Assembly (NCBI GenBank): GCA_028865345.1 | Contig: JAGWKL010000005.1 | Span: 21,577 to 85,576 of the forward strand | Direction of reading: 5' to 3' | Length of the DNA stretch: 64,000 bases | Source: Candidatus Omnitrophota bacterium | Lineage (GTDB): Bacteria; Omnitrophota; Gorgyraeia; Zapsychrales; Fredricksoniimonadaceae | Shown here: positions 38,785 through 48,878 of the stretch, piece after piece | Layout of the letters: each line of letters begins with the position of its first letter | How positions within the stretch are numbered: position 1 is the first letter of the stretch | Made by a program: the position numbers and the translations under genes | Notes under the pieces: model-generated | Told to the model about the DNA's origin: nothing | What the model saw: the letters and a program-made list of their open reading frames with translations, nothing else | Databases searched by the model: none

Positions 38785-39852
38785 ATGAACAGCGAATCTA
38801 AGAAGTTTTTACGTGAATTCTTAAGCCAGTGCGGGCCCTCGGGCTTCGAGGAAGCCAGCCAGAAAGTCTGGGCCAGGAGAACCCAACAATATGCCAAAGA
38901 GCTCCGGCGTGATGTGCACGGCAATGCCATTGCCGTATTGAACCCGAAAGCGGATTATAAGATCATGCTGGCCGGGCATTGCGATGAAATCGGCTTCATC
39001 ATAAGCCACATCACCGGCGAAGGTTTTTTGTGCGTGGTGCCGGTGGGCGGCATCGACAGCGGTGTTTTGCCCGGCAGCCAGGTGAAGGTGCAGACGGCAA
39101 AAGGCCTGGTCGATGGAATTATCGGTAAAAAACCCATCCATCTTATGGAAGAGGCGGACCGTAATAAGAATGTTCCAATCAAAGAATTGTGGGTGGATAT
39201 CGGCGCCAAGGACAGGAACGACGCGCTTAAAGCCGTGGCCTTGGGGGACGCGGTTTCTTTCGCGCCGAATTATATGGAACTGCGCAACAATGTTTTTTCT
39301 TCCAAGGGTTGCGACGATAAGACCGGCGCCTTTGTGGTTTCGGAGGTGATCAAGATCTTAAGCGGCAGGAAACTGCGTAAAGATATCGGGGTTTACGGCG
39401 TATCGACGGTCCAGGAAGAGGTGGGTTTGCGCGGGGCGCGCACCAGCGCCTATGGCATCAATCCCAAAGTCGGCATCGCCGTGGACGTCGGTTTTGCCTC
39501 GGATGTGCCGGGCATCGACAAGCGCATCGTGGGGGAGGTGTCTTTGGGCAAGGGGCCCATCCTGCATGCCGGGCCTGCGATCAACCGGACCCTGGGCAAG
39601 CTGTTCATCGAAGTGGCCGGTGCCAAGAAAATCCCTTACCAATTTTCATCCGTCGGCCGCCCTGACGGCACGGACACCGGTGCCATGCAATTGAGCCGTG
39701 ATGGCGTGGCAACGGCCTTAATCAGCGTCCCCAACCGCTACATGCATACCATGGTGGAAGCCTGTTGTCTGGATGACTTGGAATCCTGCGCCAACCTGAT
39801 CGCGGAAGTCGTTCTGGAGATCACTCCCAAAATGGATTTTATCCCCCGGTAG
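38785..39852 (+). CDS. M42-family aminopeptidase (FrvX/cellulase-M-like).
   Basis: M42 fold with conserved His and Asp metal ligands (GHCDEIGF, DDKTG). Confidence 0.8.
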   Translation: MNSESKKFLREFLSQCGPSGFEEASQKVWARRTQQYAKELRRDVHGNAIAVLNPKADYKIMLAGHCDEIGFIISHITGEGFLCVVPVGGIDSGVLPGSQVKVQTAKGLVDGIIGKKPIHLMEEADRNKNVPIKELWVDIGAKDRNDALKAVALGDAVSFAPNYMELRNNVFSSKGCDDKTGAFVVSEVIKILSGRKLRKDIGVYGVSTVQEEVGLRGARTSAYGINPKVGIAVDVGFASDVPGIDKRIVGEVSLGKGPILHAGPAINRTLGKLFIEVAGAKKIPYQFSSVGRPDGTDTGAMQLSRDGVATALISVPNRYMHTMVEACCLDDLESCANLIAEVVLEITPKMDFIPR

Positions 39853-40321
39853 GACTCAGGGATTTTAAAGCGACCAGAATTTCCTGATCGTGGCCTTCGG
39901 GTCTGACCTTCTCAAATACCCTGGCAATCCGGCCGGCTGAGTCAATGATGAAGGTGGTACGGGCCACGCCCATGTATTTTCTGCCGTACATGGATTTTTC
40001 CACCCAGACGCCGTAATCCCGGCACATTTTCTTATCTTCATCGGCCAGCAGGATAAAAGGCAGTTTGAATTTGCTGATGAATTTTTCATGGGAGTTGATG
40101 GGGTCCGGGCTTACTCCTAAGACCACGGTGTTATGTTTTTCGATCTCTTTAAAACTATTACGCAAACCGCAGGCTTCCACGGTGCATCCCGGCGTATCGT
40201 CCTTGGGATAAAAGTAAACAACCGCATTTTTGCCTTTCAAGTCTTTTAGGGCAATGGCACCGCCGCTTGTGGAAGGCAAATTAAATTCAGGGGCCTTGCT
40301 TCCTTCTGAAGGGATCGGCAT
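39839..40321 (-). CDS. bcp: Peroxiredoxin Bcp (thiol peroxidase).
   Basis: Motif FYPKDDTPGCTVEAC. Confidence 0.9.
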   Translation of the reverse strand: MPIPSEGSKAPEFNLPSTSGGAIALKDLKGKNAVVYFYPKDDTPGCTVEACGLRNSFKEIEKHNTVVLGVSPDPINSHEKFISKFKLPFILLADEDKKMCRDYGVWVEKSMYGRKYMGVARTTFIIDSAGRIARVFEKVRPEGHDQEILVALKSLSPTGG

Positions 40322-40428
40322 ATTTTCACCTTTCTATGTTTTTTGGAGAAAAGAAGTTCCCCTATTATATAGTAAAAAGGGATAAACTAATAATATTGCC
40401 GGTTTATTTATGTTAAAATTAACAATTA

Positions 40429-42312
40429 ATGGGGCCCCACCTATACTTTTTTATAGGCACACCTTTGATCGGCATCGCTTTTTTAGATGCCATCTTATTT
40501 TATCTTCTTTTAAAAAATAACCCCCAAAACAGGAACATTAACAAGTCCATTGCCTTCGGCTGCTTTTTTACGGCCTTATATGCTTTTTTTGCAGGTATTG
40601 TGTATATCCGGGCAGGCTTGGGTCTCAACTATACATTTTTTTATAAATGCTGCTGGGCAGGGTGGCTTGCCATGGCACCCATCTATCAATTTGCTTTTTA
40701 TATTAAAGATGACAACAGTAAGAAGGCGATATCTGTCGGCCTTGGGTTATATTTTTTCTGGTTTCTTGCCTTTGCCCTTTGCTTTACGTCCGACTGGATG
40801 GAGCCCGGCGTAAAAAGCCTCATTCCCTATTTTCCCCACTATGGCATTTTAGAAAGGCCTGTACGTTCCATCGGCGGATTCATGTTGCTTTACGCCATTT
40901 ACAAGTTATTCAAGGCCAAGAACGAAGTCAGCGGCATCAAGAAAATACAAACCAGCTATCTTATTTTAGGCTTGATTATTTATGCCCTGGGGGCCATTGT
41001 CACATCTTGTTTTTTGTCCTTGGTCGGCGGCCTTGGATTTGACCCGGCCCTGACATCTTATTTCAGCCTTCCCTGGACCCTTCTTGTTTTTTATGCCATC
41101 ACCCGCTACAGGCTGTTCGATATCCAGATTATCATTTCCAGCGCCTTATCCATTGTCATTTTGACCATTATCCTGGGCGTATTGAACGTCGCCCTGTTCA
41201 GGTTGTTGGAACCGTTGATAGGTTCCACCTGGGCCATTTTTATATCAGTGTTTGTGATCATCATTATTTTCCTGCGGACACCCCTGCGGCGCATGGTGCA
41301 GGGAGGGTTCAGCGACACCCTGCTGGGAGGCAAGTACAATTACCAGGCGATATTAAGGGAATCCACCCGGGCCATTGTCACCATCCTTGACCAGGAGGAA
41401 TTGCTCAATTACCTGGTCCATATTTTGCAGCAAAGTTTTAAAGTCCGCAAGGTCTGCTTGTTTTTAAAGCACGCGGAAGGCCCTTATTATGTCCGTTATC
41501 AATGGGGGATGGGCAAGATTCCTCCGGATTTGCAGTTTTCCGATGAAAAGATCATTGAATGGTTGAAGAAGAACCGGCAGATTTTTATCAAGGAGGAGCA
41601 GCAGGGAATGCTGACCAGAGAAAAGTTCGATCAGCTCTATGATAAGCTCCATTTCATAGAGGCCAACCTGGTCCTGCCCCTGTTTTTTAAAGACAATCTG
41701 ATAGGCTTTCTGACCCTCGGCCCCAGCGACGATGACCGTCCTTATGTCCAAAGCGATATTGATATCCTGATGACCCTGACCGGCCAGACCGCCATCGCCA
41801 TTGAGAACGCCCGCCTCTACACGGAGGCCATCACTGACGGGTTGACCGGTTTATACCATCATAAATATTTCGTCATGCGCCTGACCGAAGAGGTCCAGCG
41901 CGCCCAACGCTACGGCCGGCCTTTAAGTTTATTGTTGCTCGATGTGGACCATTTTAAGAACATCAATGACGTGTGCGGCCACCTGGCGGGAGACAAGGTG
42001 CTGGTGGGAGTGTCAGAATTTATCAAGAAGTCCCACCGCACCACCGATGTGGTGGCGAGGTACGGAGGTGAAGAATTTGCCGTCATCCTTCCGGACACCG
42101 ACAGGGAAGCGGCCTTGATCCCGGCCAGGAGGTTAAGGGAAGCCATTGAAGCCACTGCCTTCGAAGGCAATCTTCTTGTCACGGTCAGCATAGGCCTGGC
42201 CTGTCTGGACCTTAACCGCAAAGAATTGAAGACCGAAGATCTGATAGAGGCTGCGGACAAGGCCCTTTACCGGGCCAAAGAAAACGGCAGGAACCGCATT
42301 GAAATCGCTTGA
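40429..42312 (+). CDS. Membrane sensor diguanylate cyclase (multi-TM N-terminus, GAF, GGDEF).
   Basis: About 8 TM helices, a GAF-like region, and a GGDEF domain with RYGGEEF. Confidence 0.85.
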   Translation: MGPHLYFFIGTPLIGIAFLDAILFYLLLKNNPQNRNINKSIAFGCFFTALYAFFAGIVYIRAGLGLNYTFFYKCCWAGWLAMAPIYQFAFYIKDDNSKKAISVGLGLYFFWFLAFALCFTSDWMEPGVKSLIPYFPHYGILERPVRSIGGFMLLYAIYKLFKAKNEVSGIKKIQTSYLILGLIIYALGAIVTSCFLSLVGGLGFDPALTSYFSLPWTLLVFYAITRYRLFDIQIIISSALSIVILTIILGVLNVALFRLLEPLIGSTWAIFISVFVIIIIFLRTPLRRMVQGGFSDTLLGGKYNYQAILRESTRAIVTILDQEELLNYLVHILQQSFKVRKVCLFLKHAEGPYYVRYQWGMGKIPPDLQFSDEKIIEWLKKNRQIFIKEEQQGMLTREKFDQLYDKLHFIEANLVLPLFFKDNLIGFLTLGPSDDDRPYVQSDIDILMTLTGQTAIAIENARLYTEAITDGLTGLYHHKYFVMRLTEEVQRAQRYGRPLSLLLLDVDHFKNINDVCGHLAGDKVLVGVSEFIKKSHRTTDVVARYGGEEFAVILPDTDREAALIPARRLREAIEATAFEGNLLVTVSIGLACLDLNRKELKTEDLIEAADKALYRAKENGRNRIEIA

Positions 42313-42774
42313 TCAATAGGCTTTCCATGATTTGGACTTGCCGTCGTAAATTGCTTTGACCCTTTGGTTTTCTGCAACGCCGTCCTCCACGGGCCAGGCA
42401 GTGGCTTCCAGCTTATTGCCGTCGGGATCGTAAAAATAAAGGGACCAGGACTTAGGGCGCTTCTTGGCAAATTCGATTTTGACGTCATGGGCTTCCAGAT
42501 GGGCGATCATGGCCTCAAAATCCCGGGCATTCACACGGAAGGAAAAATGGTTGGCCCCCAGGCCTTCATTGGCAAAAAGATGGCTGCTTTTTAAATCTTG
42601 GGCCTGGATGATCCCCAGGAGGCTGCTGCCGCAGTCCAGAAAATATTCAATGCCGGGTTTGGAAGGCTCACGTTCGGTGACCTTGAGGCCGATGGTCTTG
42701 GTATAAAACTCCAGGGATTTATTCAAGTCCCGCACGTTAAAAGCCACGTGATCGATCCCTTGTATTTTAATCAT
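42313..42774 (-). CDS. VOC/glyoxalase-family protein.
   Basis: Glyoxalase/bleomycin-resistance fold (GIDHVAFNV). Confidence 0.75.
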   Translation of the reverse strand: MIKIQGIDHVAFNVRDLNKSLEFYTKTIGLKVTEREPSKPGIEYFLDCGSSLLGIIQAQDLKSSHLFANEGLGANHFSFRVNARDFEAMIAHLEAHDVKIEFAKKRPKSWSLYFYDPDGNKLEATAWPVEDGVAENQRVKAIYDGKSKSWKAY

Positions 42775-43574
42775 ATCTTTATTCTCTTCTCTATTTTTTT
42801 TTGTTTAAAAACCAGATATTCTTTATAGCCGACGGATTGGGCCAGGTCAAGGGCCTTATCAAAGTCCCTGCCGACATCCCGAGGGTCGTGCGCGTCAGAG
42901 CCGAAAGTCAAAGGTACGCCCGCCTCCCGGTATATTTTCAGGCAGCCGGGCGCCGGGTACATTTCAGCAACAGGCTTGCGCAACCCTGCGGTATTGATTT
43001 CCACGGCGACGCCGGTTTCTTTAAAGACCTTGGCTGTGGCATTGATCTCGTCGGTGAGATCAATAGTCGGCCGGGCGCCGAATTTTTTAGGCAGATCACA
43101 ATGGCCGATGATCTGGAAGAACCCGGTTTGGGCCGATTTTCTCAACAGGGCATAATATTTCCGGTAGACTTCATTGACATCATGCACCTTCCAATATTCA
43201 CGGGTAGACGGGTCATCAAAGGCCCAGTCATCGATAAAATGCACGGAGCCGATGATGTAATCGTATGGGTAGCTGTTGATGATGGCCTTTGTTTTGGCCT
43301 CATATCCCGGCAGGAAATCCGATTCCAGCGCGATCTTGATGTTGATGGAGCCGGATAAACGTTTGCGGACATCCTCGATCATGGCGTTGTATTTAGGGAG
43401 CTCATCCATGGTCATCGTAATGCCGGGCATGGGTTTATGCACCATGGGCGCATGGTCTGAGAATCCAATTTCCTTCAGCCCCATCTTGACGGCTTGCTTG
43501 ACGTATTCTTCGGGCTCGCCAATCGCATGGCCGCACAGAGGGGTGTGCATATGATAGTCGGCAAAGACAAGCAT
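42771..43574 (-). CDS. hisK: PHP-family histidinol-phosphatase (HisJ/HisK type).
   Basis: N-terminal DYHMHT, and the PHP motifs continue through the protein. Confidence 0.75.
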   Translation of the reverse strand: MLVFADYHMHTPLCGHAIGEPEEYVKQAVKMGLKEIGFSDHAPMVHKPMPGITMTMDELPKYNAMIEDVRKRLSGSINIKIALESDFLPGYEAKTKAIINSYPYDYIIGSVHFIDDWAFDDPSTREYWKVHDVNEVYRKYYALLRKSAQTGFFQIIGHCDLPKKFGARPTIDLTDEINATAKVFKETGVAVEINTAGLRKPVAEMYPAPGCLKIYREAGVPLTFGSDAHDPRDVGRDFDKALDLAQSVGYKEYLVFKQKKIEKRIKI

Positions 43575-43631
43575 AGGAGCACAGAATATAACATGGACAG
43601 GGATAAGTCAATATGGTAATATTCCCATCTT

Positions 43632-44171
43632 ATGGATCAATATTTCCGTAAAATGCTCGAACATATCGGCGAAGACCCCGGCCGCGAAGGGCTTTTAAAG
43701 ACCCCGGTGCGGGCGGCCAGGGCCTTTGAATTCCTGACCCAGGGCTATAAGAAGGATGTCAAGGAGATCGTCAACGGGGCGATCTTCACTTCCGATAATG
43801 ATGAGATGGTCATTATCAAGGACATCGAATTGTATTCCCTGTGTGAACACCATCTTCTGCCGTTTTTCGGCAAGGCCCATGTGGGCTATATCCCCAGAGG
43901 GAAGATCATCGGCCTTTCCAAAATAGCCCGTATCGTGGACATGTATGCCAGGCGCCTGCAGGTCCAGGAAAATTTGACCAAACAGATCGCCCAGACCCTG
44001 ATGGAGGTCACCGGCGCTTTGGGGGTGGGTGTGGTGATCGAGGCCCGGCATTTATGCATGATGATGCGGGGCGTGGAAAAGCAAAATTCACTGATGAAAA
44101 CATCCTGCCTGCTGGGAGCCTTTAGAAAGGATGATTCGACCCGAAAGGAATTTTTGGCCTTAATTTCATAG
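43632..44171 (+). CDS. folE: GTP cyclohydrolase I.
   Basis: FolE signature (CEHHLLPF...G.YIP). Confidence 0.92.
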   Translation: MDQYFRKMLEHIGEDPGREGLLKTPVRAARAFEFLTQGYKKDVKEIVNGAIFTSDNDEMVIIKDIELYSLCEHHLLPFFGKAHVGYIPRGKIIGLSKIARIVDMYARRLQVQENLTKQIAQTLMEVTGALGVGVVIEARHLCMMMRGVEKQNSLMKTSCLLGAFRKDDSTRKEFLALIS

Positions 44172-44172
44172 T

Positions 44173-44898
44173 ATGCCTTCCAAAATCAAAGGGACAGCCT
44201 TGGTGACAGGCGCGGCCAAACGCCTTGGCAATATGGTTGCCATGCATTTGGCCAAGCAAGGGTACCAAATCGCCCTGCATTATCACCGCTCCAAGTCTGG
44301 GGCCATGTCGACGCAGAAAGCCATTTGTAAAATGGGAAGGCGTTGTGAGCTTTTCTGCGCAGACCTGAGCATAGAAGCCCAGGCCCTCACGCTGTTTGCG
44401 GAGGTATTTAAAGCCTTCCCCAATGTGAATGTTCTGGTCAACAGCGCTTCTATTTTTATTCCCAATCAGTTCGGTGCCCTTGATTTGGGGCTTTTTAAGG
44501 CCCATTGGAACATTAATTTTAAAGCTCCGTACATTTTAACCTGTGAGTTTGCGCGGTTGGTCCAAAAAGGACATGTGATCAATTTTGTCGATGCCAACGC
44601 CGTCAAATACAAGACCGGCTACGCGGATTATCTGATGACCAAAAAGGCCTTGCTGGAGTTTACCCGGATGGCCGCAGTGCAGTGGGGGCCGGCCATCAGG
44701 GTCAACGGCGTTTCTCCTGGAATGATCCTGGCGCCGGTCAACGGCCAGCCGGATGACCGCGCCAGGCGCGCCAGGCAAATACCATTGTGCAGGACCGGGA
44801 ACCCGCGCAACATCCTGCAGAGCGTCCAATTTTTGCTGGAGAATGATTATTTGACCGGGCAAGTCATTGTAAACGACGGAGGGGAGAGTTTAATATAA
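44173..44898 (+). CDS. SDR-family reductase, probably a pteridine reductase (FolM/PTR1-like).
   Basis: TGAAKRLG Rossmann motif and YxxxK (YLMTK). It lies between folE and folB. Confidence 0.6.
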   Translation: MPSKIKGTALVTGAAKRLGNMVAMHLAKQGYQIALHYHRSKSGAMSTQKAICKMGRRCELFCADLSIEAQALTLFAEVFKAFPNVNVLVNSASIFIPNQFGALDLGLFKAHWNINFKAPYILTCEFARLVQKGHVINFVDANAVKYKTGYADYLMTKKALLEFTRMAAVQWGPAIRVNGVSPGMILAPVNGQPDDRARRARQIPLCRTGNPRNILQSVQFLLENDYLTGQVIVNDGGESLI

Positions 44899-44899
44899 T

Positions 44900-45277
44900 A
44901 TGGCCGTTATCAGGATCAATGATTTGAAAGTACGGGCCTTGATCGGGGCGTATTCCTGGGAAAGGGTCAATAAACAGGAATTGATACTCAATATAACCAT
45001 CGAATACGATGCCTCCCGGGCCTGCCGTACCGATAAGCTTAAAGACGCGCTGAATTATGAAACCGTGGCCGCCCGTGCGGTTAAGACCGCCCGGGGTTCA
45101 CGCCACGTATTATTAGAGAAGCTGGCCTCCAGGCTTTTAGCCGGCATCATGTCCGACAAAAGGGTGGATGCGGCCTGGGTGCGGGTCGACAAGACTCATG
45201 CCCTGCCTGATGCCCGTTGCGTGTCTTTTGAGCTTTCCGCTGCCTGTCCCCGCACTCGGGGAGGCGCTAAAAGATAA
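44900..45277 (+). CDS. folB: Dihydroneopterin aldolase.
   Basis: FolB fold (RALIGAYSWER...L..E.V). Confidence 0.8.
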   Translation: MAVIRINDLKVRALIGAYSWERVNKQELILNITIEYDASRACRTDKLKDALNYETVAARAVKTARGSRHVLLEKLASRLLAGIMSDKRVDAAWVRVDKTHALPDARCVSFELSAACPRTRGGAKR

Positions 45278-45352
45278 AATTTTGCTTGCAGTCGGATTTA
45301 TCATGGTTAATATACTACTCACACAACCTTGAACCTTACGGAGAGCAAGCCA

Positions 45353-46102
45353 TTGGGCCTTTGGTCCTTCAAAGATGAAGTCGTTTTGGTTACAGGCTCC
45401 ACACGCGGCATAGGTTTAGGTGTGGCCCACGCTTTTGCCCAGGAAGGGGCCATGGTCCTTATTGTGGGGACCAATGAGTCGATGGCCAGGCAGGTCGCCG
45501 CCGATTTTAAGTCCAAAGGCCGCTTGGCGGACGGATTCGGTTGTGATGTGACCGATTTTCATCAGGTACAAGAAACTGTTAATAAAATTCTTGACATTCA
45601 TAAGCGCATTGATATATTAGTCAACAACGCCGGCATTACGCGTGACAATCTCCTCTTGAGGCTTGATGAAAACGATTGGGACCAGGTTATTAAGGTCAAC
45701 CTCAAGGGAACCTTTAATGTCACCAAGGCCGTTGGCAGGGCGATGATAAGGGCCAAAAAGGGCAGGATCATCAATATCGCCTCCGTGATCGGGCTGACCG
45801 GTAATATCGGCCAGGCCAATTACGCAGCCAGCAAGGCAGGGATTATTGCTTTTTCTAAGTCGGCGGCCAAAGAATTCGCTCATCGAAATATTACGGTCAA
45901 TTGTGTTGCTCCGGGGTACATCCGTACGGACATGACCGCCAAAATATCCGAGGCCGTGCAGCAAAAAGTGCTTGAACGCATTCCTTTGTCCAGGTTCGGA
46001 GAAGTTCATGATGTGGCCGGCCTTTGCATGTTCCTGGCCTCTCCGGCGGCCGATTATATCACCGGACAGACGATCGTTGTGGACGGCGGATTGACGATAT
46101 AA
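45353..46102 (+). CDS. fabG: 3-oxoacyl-[ACP] reductase.
   Basis: TGSTRGIG, NNAG, and the S..Y...K (YAASK) triad. The start is probably the TTG at 45353, behind SD GGAGAG. The ORF track uses an earlier TTG at 45329. Confidence 0.85.
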   Translation: MGLWSFKDEVVLVTGSTRGIGLGVAHAFAQEGAMVLIVGTNESMARQVAADFKSKGRLADGFGCDVTDFHQVQETVNKILDIHKRIDILVNNAGITRDNLLLRLDENDWDQVIKVNLKGTFNVTKAVGRAMIRAKKGRIINIASVIGLTGNIGQANYAASKAGIIAFSKSAAKEFAHRNITVNCVAPGYIRTDMTAKISEAVQQKVLERIPLSRFGEVHDVAGLCMFLASPAADYITGQTIVVDGGLTI

Positions 46103-46192
46103 AAAATAATTTATAGGTTAGGTCCCCGAGTCTGGGGACAGGAAAGTTTCAAGCCCGCTAAAAACTTAAACGGGCAACTCCAGGAGGAAGAC

Positions 46193-46432
46193 ATGGCAGT
46201 GGACAGCAAGATCAAGTCAATAATTGCGGAACAATTGGGCGTCAAGCCGGAAGAAGTGACGCCGAACGCCTCTTTCGTGGATGATCTGGGCGCGGATTCC
46301 TTGGATACCGTCGAGCTTATCATGGCGCTGGAAGAGGAATTCAACATCGAAATTCCGGACGAAGATGCCGAAAAGATGAAGACCGTGGGCGACGCGATCA
46401 AATACATTGAAGAAAAAGCCAACGCTTCTTGA
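46193..46432 (+). CDS. acpP: Acyl carrier protein.
   Basis: LGADSLD phosphopantetheine attachment site. Confidence 0.95.
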   Translation: MAVDSKIKSIIAEQLGVKPEEVTPNASFVDDLGADSLDTVELIMALEEEFNIEIPDEDAEKMKTVGDAIKYIEEKANAS

Positions 46433-46478
46433 TGACGTCGACGTTTGAATCGCCGTTGATAGTTTATATGGATGAGAC

Positions 46479-46508
46479 TTGCCCCGCCATCGGCGGGGCA
46501 AACTTTTA
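46479..46508 (+). terminator. Hairpin with a short T-tract between acpP and fabF (partial terminator or attenuator).
   Basis: TTGCCCCGCC-ATC-GGCGGGGCAA followed by ACTTTTAA. Confidence 0.45.
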
Positions 46509-46527
46509 ATGGGGAGTTATCGATATC

Positions 46528-47772
46528 ATGCAGAAAAACAAGGTGGTCATCACAGGGATGGGGGTCCTTTCGCCCGTGGGATGCGGGGTGGATAGATTCT
46601 GGCAGGCCTTGAGTCAGGGCCAAAGCGGGATCCGTGCCATCACCCAATTCGATGCTTCCGGTTTTGATTCACAGGTGAGCGGTGATGTGACCGGCTACGA
46701 TCCTTTAGAGCATTTTAATTCCAAAGACGCCCGTAATCTGTCCCGGTTCATCCAGTTCGGCGTCGTGGCGGCCCAAGAGGCGCTGACCGGCGCCCGGCTT
46801 GACATCCGTCAAATGGACGCGTCCCGCGCCGCCGTTGTCGTCGGGTCAGGCATCGGCAGCATTTATTCCGCGGAAGAAGAATACGACAAATTGCTGCACA
46901 AGGGGCCTTCGCGCATTTCGCCGTTTTTCATCACGCGCATGATCATCAATGAAGCGGCGGGACAGATAGCCATCCATACCGGTGCCACAGGACCTTGTTT
47001 CGCGATTGCCACGGCTTGCGCCACTGCCAATAACTGCATCGGGGAAGGCATGCGCATGATCCAGCATGGTGAGGCGGACGTAGTGATCGCCGGCGGTACG
47101 GAAAGTGCAACCTCCAAATTAGGGGTGGGCGGTTTCTGTGCCCTGAAAGCTCTTTCGAGGCGCAATGACCAGCCTGCCAAGGCCAGCCGCCCTTTTGATC
47201 TTAACCGGGACGGTTTTGTGATGGGCGAAGGGGCAGGCATCGTGGTTTTGGAAGCTCTTTCGTTTGCCCAAAAGCGCGGGGCGACCATTTTAGCGGAATT
47301 GGCCGGTTATGGCCGCACGTGCGATGCCTATCATATTACAGCGCCGCATGCCGAGGGATTGGGAGCGTTGAAGGCCATGGAGATGGCCATCAAAGACGCC
47401 GGCCTGAAGGTGACGGACATCAACTATATCAACGCGCACGGGACCTCCACGAAACTCAACGATGCCGTTGAAACCATGGCCATCAAGAAATTATTCGGCG
47501 ATCATGCCGGGAAGATTCCGGTTTCTTCCACTAAATCCATGACCGGGCATCTGCTGGGGGCCGCGGGCGGTATAGAGCTCATTGCCTGTGTCATGTCCAT
47601 CAAAGACAATACCATACATCCGACCATCAATTATGAGACCCCCGACCCGGACTGCGATTTGGACTACGTGCCCAATGTGGCCCGAAAGGCAGAGGTGAAT
47701 GTGGCCCTGTCGAATTCCCTGGGTTTCGGCGGCCACAATGCTACGCTGGTCGTCAAACGATTCAAAGAATAG
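46528..47772 (+). CDS. fabF: 3-oxoacyl-[ACP] synthase II.
   Basis: KAS II with the Cys-His-His triad (ATACAT, HGTST, GHLLGAAG). Confidence 0.93.
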   Translation: MQKNKVVITGMGVLSPVGCGVDRFWQALSQGQSGIRAITQFDASGFDSQVSGDVTGYDPLEHFNSKDARNLSRFIQFGVVAAQEALTGARLDIRQMDASRAAVVVGSGIGSIYSAEEEYDKLLHKGPSRISPFFITRMIINEAAGQIAIHTGATGPCFAIATACATANNCIGEGMRMIQHGEADVVIAGGTESATSKLGVGGFCALKALSRRNDQPAKASRPFDLNRDGFVMGEGAGIVVLEALSFAQKRGATILAELAGYGRTCDAYHITAPHAEGLGALKAMEMAIKDAGLKVTDINYINAHGTSTKLNDAVETMAIKKLFGDHAGKIPVSSTKSMTGHLLGAAGGIELIACVMSIKDNTIHPTINYETPDPDCDLDYVPNVARKAEVNVALSNSLGFGGHNATLVVKRFKE

Positions 47773-47774
47773 AT

Positions 47775-48878
47775 ATGAAAACCTACCGATTAGCCATCAT
47801 TCCCGGTGACGGGATCGGTCCTGAAGTCGTGGCCCAAGGCCTCAAAGTTCTGGACGCGGCCGGCCGGAAATTCGCCTTTACCACCCGGCGCGAGAATTTT
47901 GATTTCGGCGGGGCGCGGTATCTGAAAAAGGCCCAAGTATTGTCAGATGAGGAAATGAATGCCTTGCGCGCCTTTGACGCCATCTATCTGGGCGCGGTCG
48001 GCCATCCGGACGTCAAACCCGGCATCCTGGAAAGAGGTGTTTTATTGAAGCTGCGTTTTGGCCTGGATCAATACATCAATTTGCGTCCGGTGCGTTTGTA
48101 CCAAAATGTCGCGACACCGATCAAAAATAAAGGCCCTGAGCATATTGATTATGTGGTGGTGCGCGAGAACTCCGGGGATGTTTACACCGGTGAAGGTGAG
48201 ATCCGCAATCAAGGCACCGGTCAGGAAGTGGCGACGCAAATCATGGTGTATTCCCATGCTCAGGTGGAGCGTTGCTTAAAGTATGCTTTTGAATATGTGA
48301 TGAAACGCCATGCCGACAAGCCCTGGAAAGGTTTGAGCGAAGAAGATAGAAAAGCGGGATTTATCGGCAAGCTGACCTTGTGCGGCAAAAGCAACGTGTT
48401 GACCAATGTCTTTGGGCTTTGGGACAGGGTCATGAACGATATGGCCCAACAATACCCCAAGGTCAAATTGGACTATGCGCATGTGGACGCGATGTGTATT
48501 TTCTTGATCGAGGCGCCGGAGCGTTTTGACGTGATTGTGACAACCAATATGTTTGGAGATATCATCACCGATCTGGCCGCCGTGACCCAGGGCGGCATGG
48601 GTGTCGCCCCGTCGGGAAACATCAATCCTAACGGTGTCAGTATGTTTGAGCCGGTGCACGGCAGTGCCCCGCAATTTACCGGTAAAGGGGTGGCCAATCC
48701 CTTGGCCGCGATCCTGACCGTCAAACTGATGCTCGAACATTTAAAGGAAGAAAAAGCGGCTCAGGCCATTGATGCCGCCGTGCAGTCGGTGATGTTAAAA
48801 ATGAAATCTATGTTGATCGGGCAAATGGGATATTCCACCGATCAAATCGGTGATATGGTGGCGGGGGTTTTAAAATGA
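47775..48878 (+). CDS. leuB: 3-isopropylmalate dehydrogenase (isocitrate/isopropylmalate dehydrogenase family; tartrate-DH-like subfamily).
   Basis: Motifs IPGDGIGPEV and NMFGDIITDLAA. Assignment to LeuB rather than tartrate/D-malate DH rests on family resemblance and the leuCD genes nearby. Confidence 0.6.
   Translation: MKTYRLAIIPGDGIGPEVVAQGLKVLDAAGRKFAFTTRRENFDFGGARYLKKAQVLSDEEMNALRAFDAIYLGAVGHPDVKPGILERGVLLKLRFGLDQYINLRPVRLYQNVATPIKNKGPEHIDYVVVRENSGDVYTGEGEIRNQGTGQEVATQIMVYSHAQVERCLKYAFEYVMKRHADKPWKGLSEEDRKAGFIGKLTLCGKSNVLTNVFGLWDRVMNDMAQQYPKVKLDYAHVDAMCIFLIEAPERFDVIVTTNMFGDIITDLAAVTQGGMGVAPSGNINPNGVSMFEPVHGSAPQFTGKGVANPLAAILTVKLMLEHLKEEKAAQAIDAAVQSVMLKMKSMLIGQMGYSTDQIGDMVAGVLK

Noticed and set aside
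45303-45332. A mini-ORF ATGGTTAATATACTACTCACACAACCTTGA (MVNILLTQP*) upstream of fabG might be another linker-module copy.
   Set aside because: There is only loose resemblance (AATATACTAC versus AATATTCCC) and no duplication of the fabG N-terminus. It is not distinguishable from chance.
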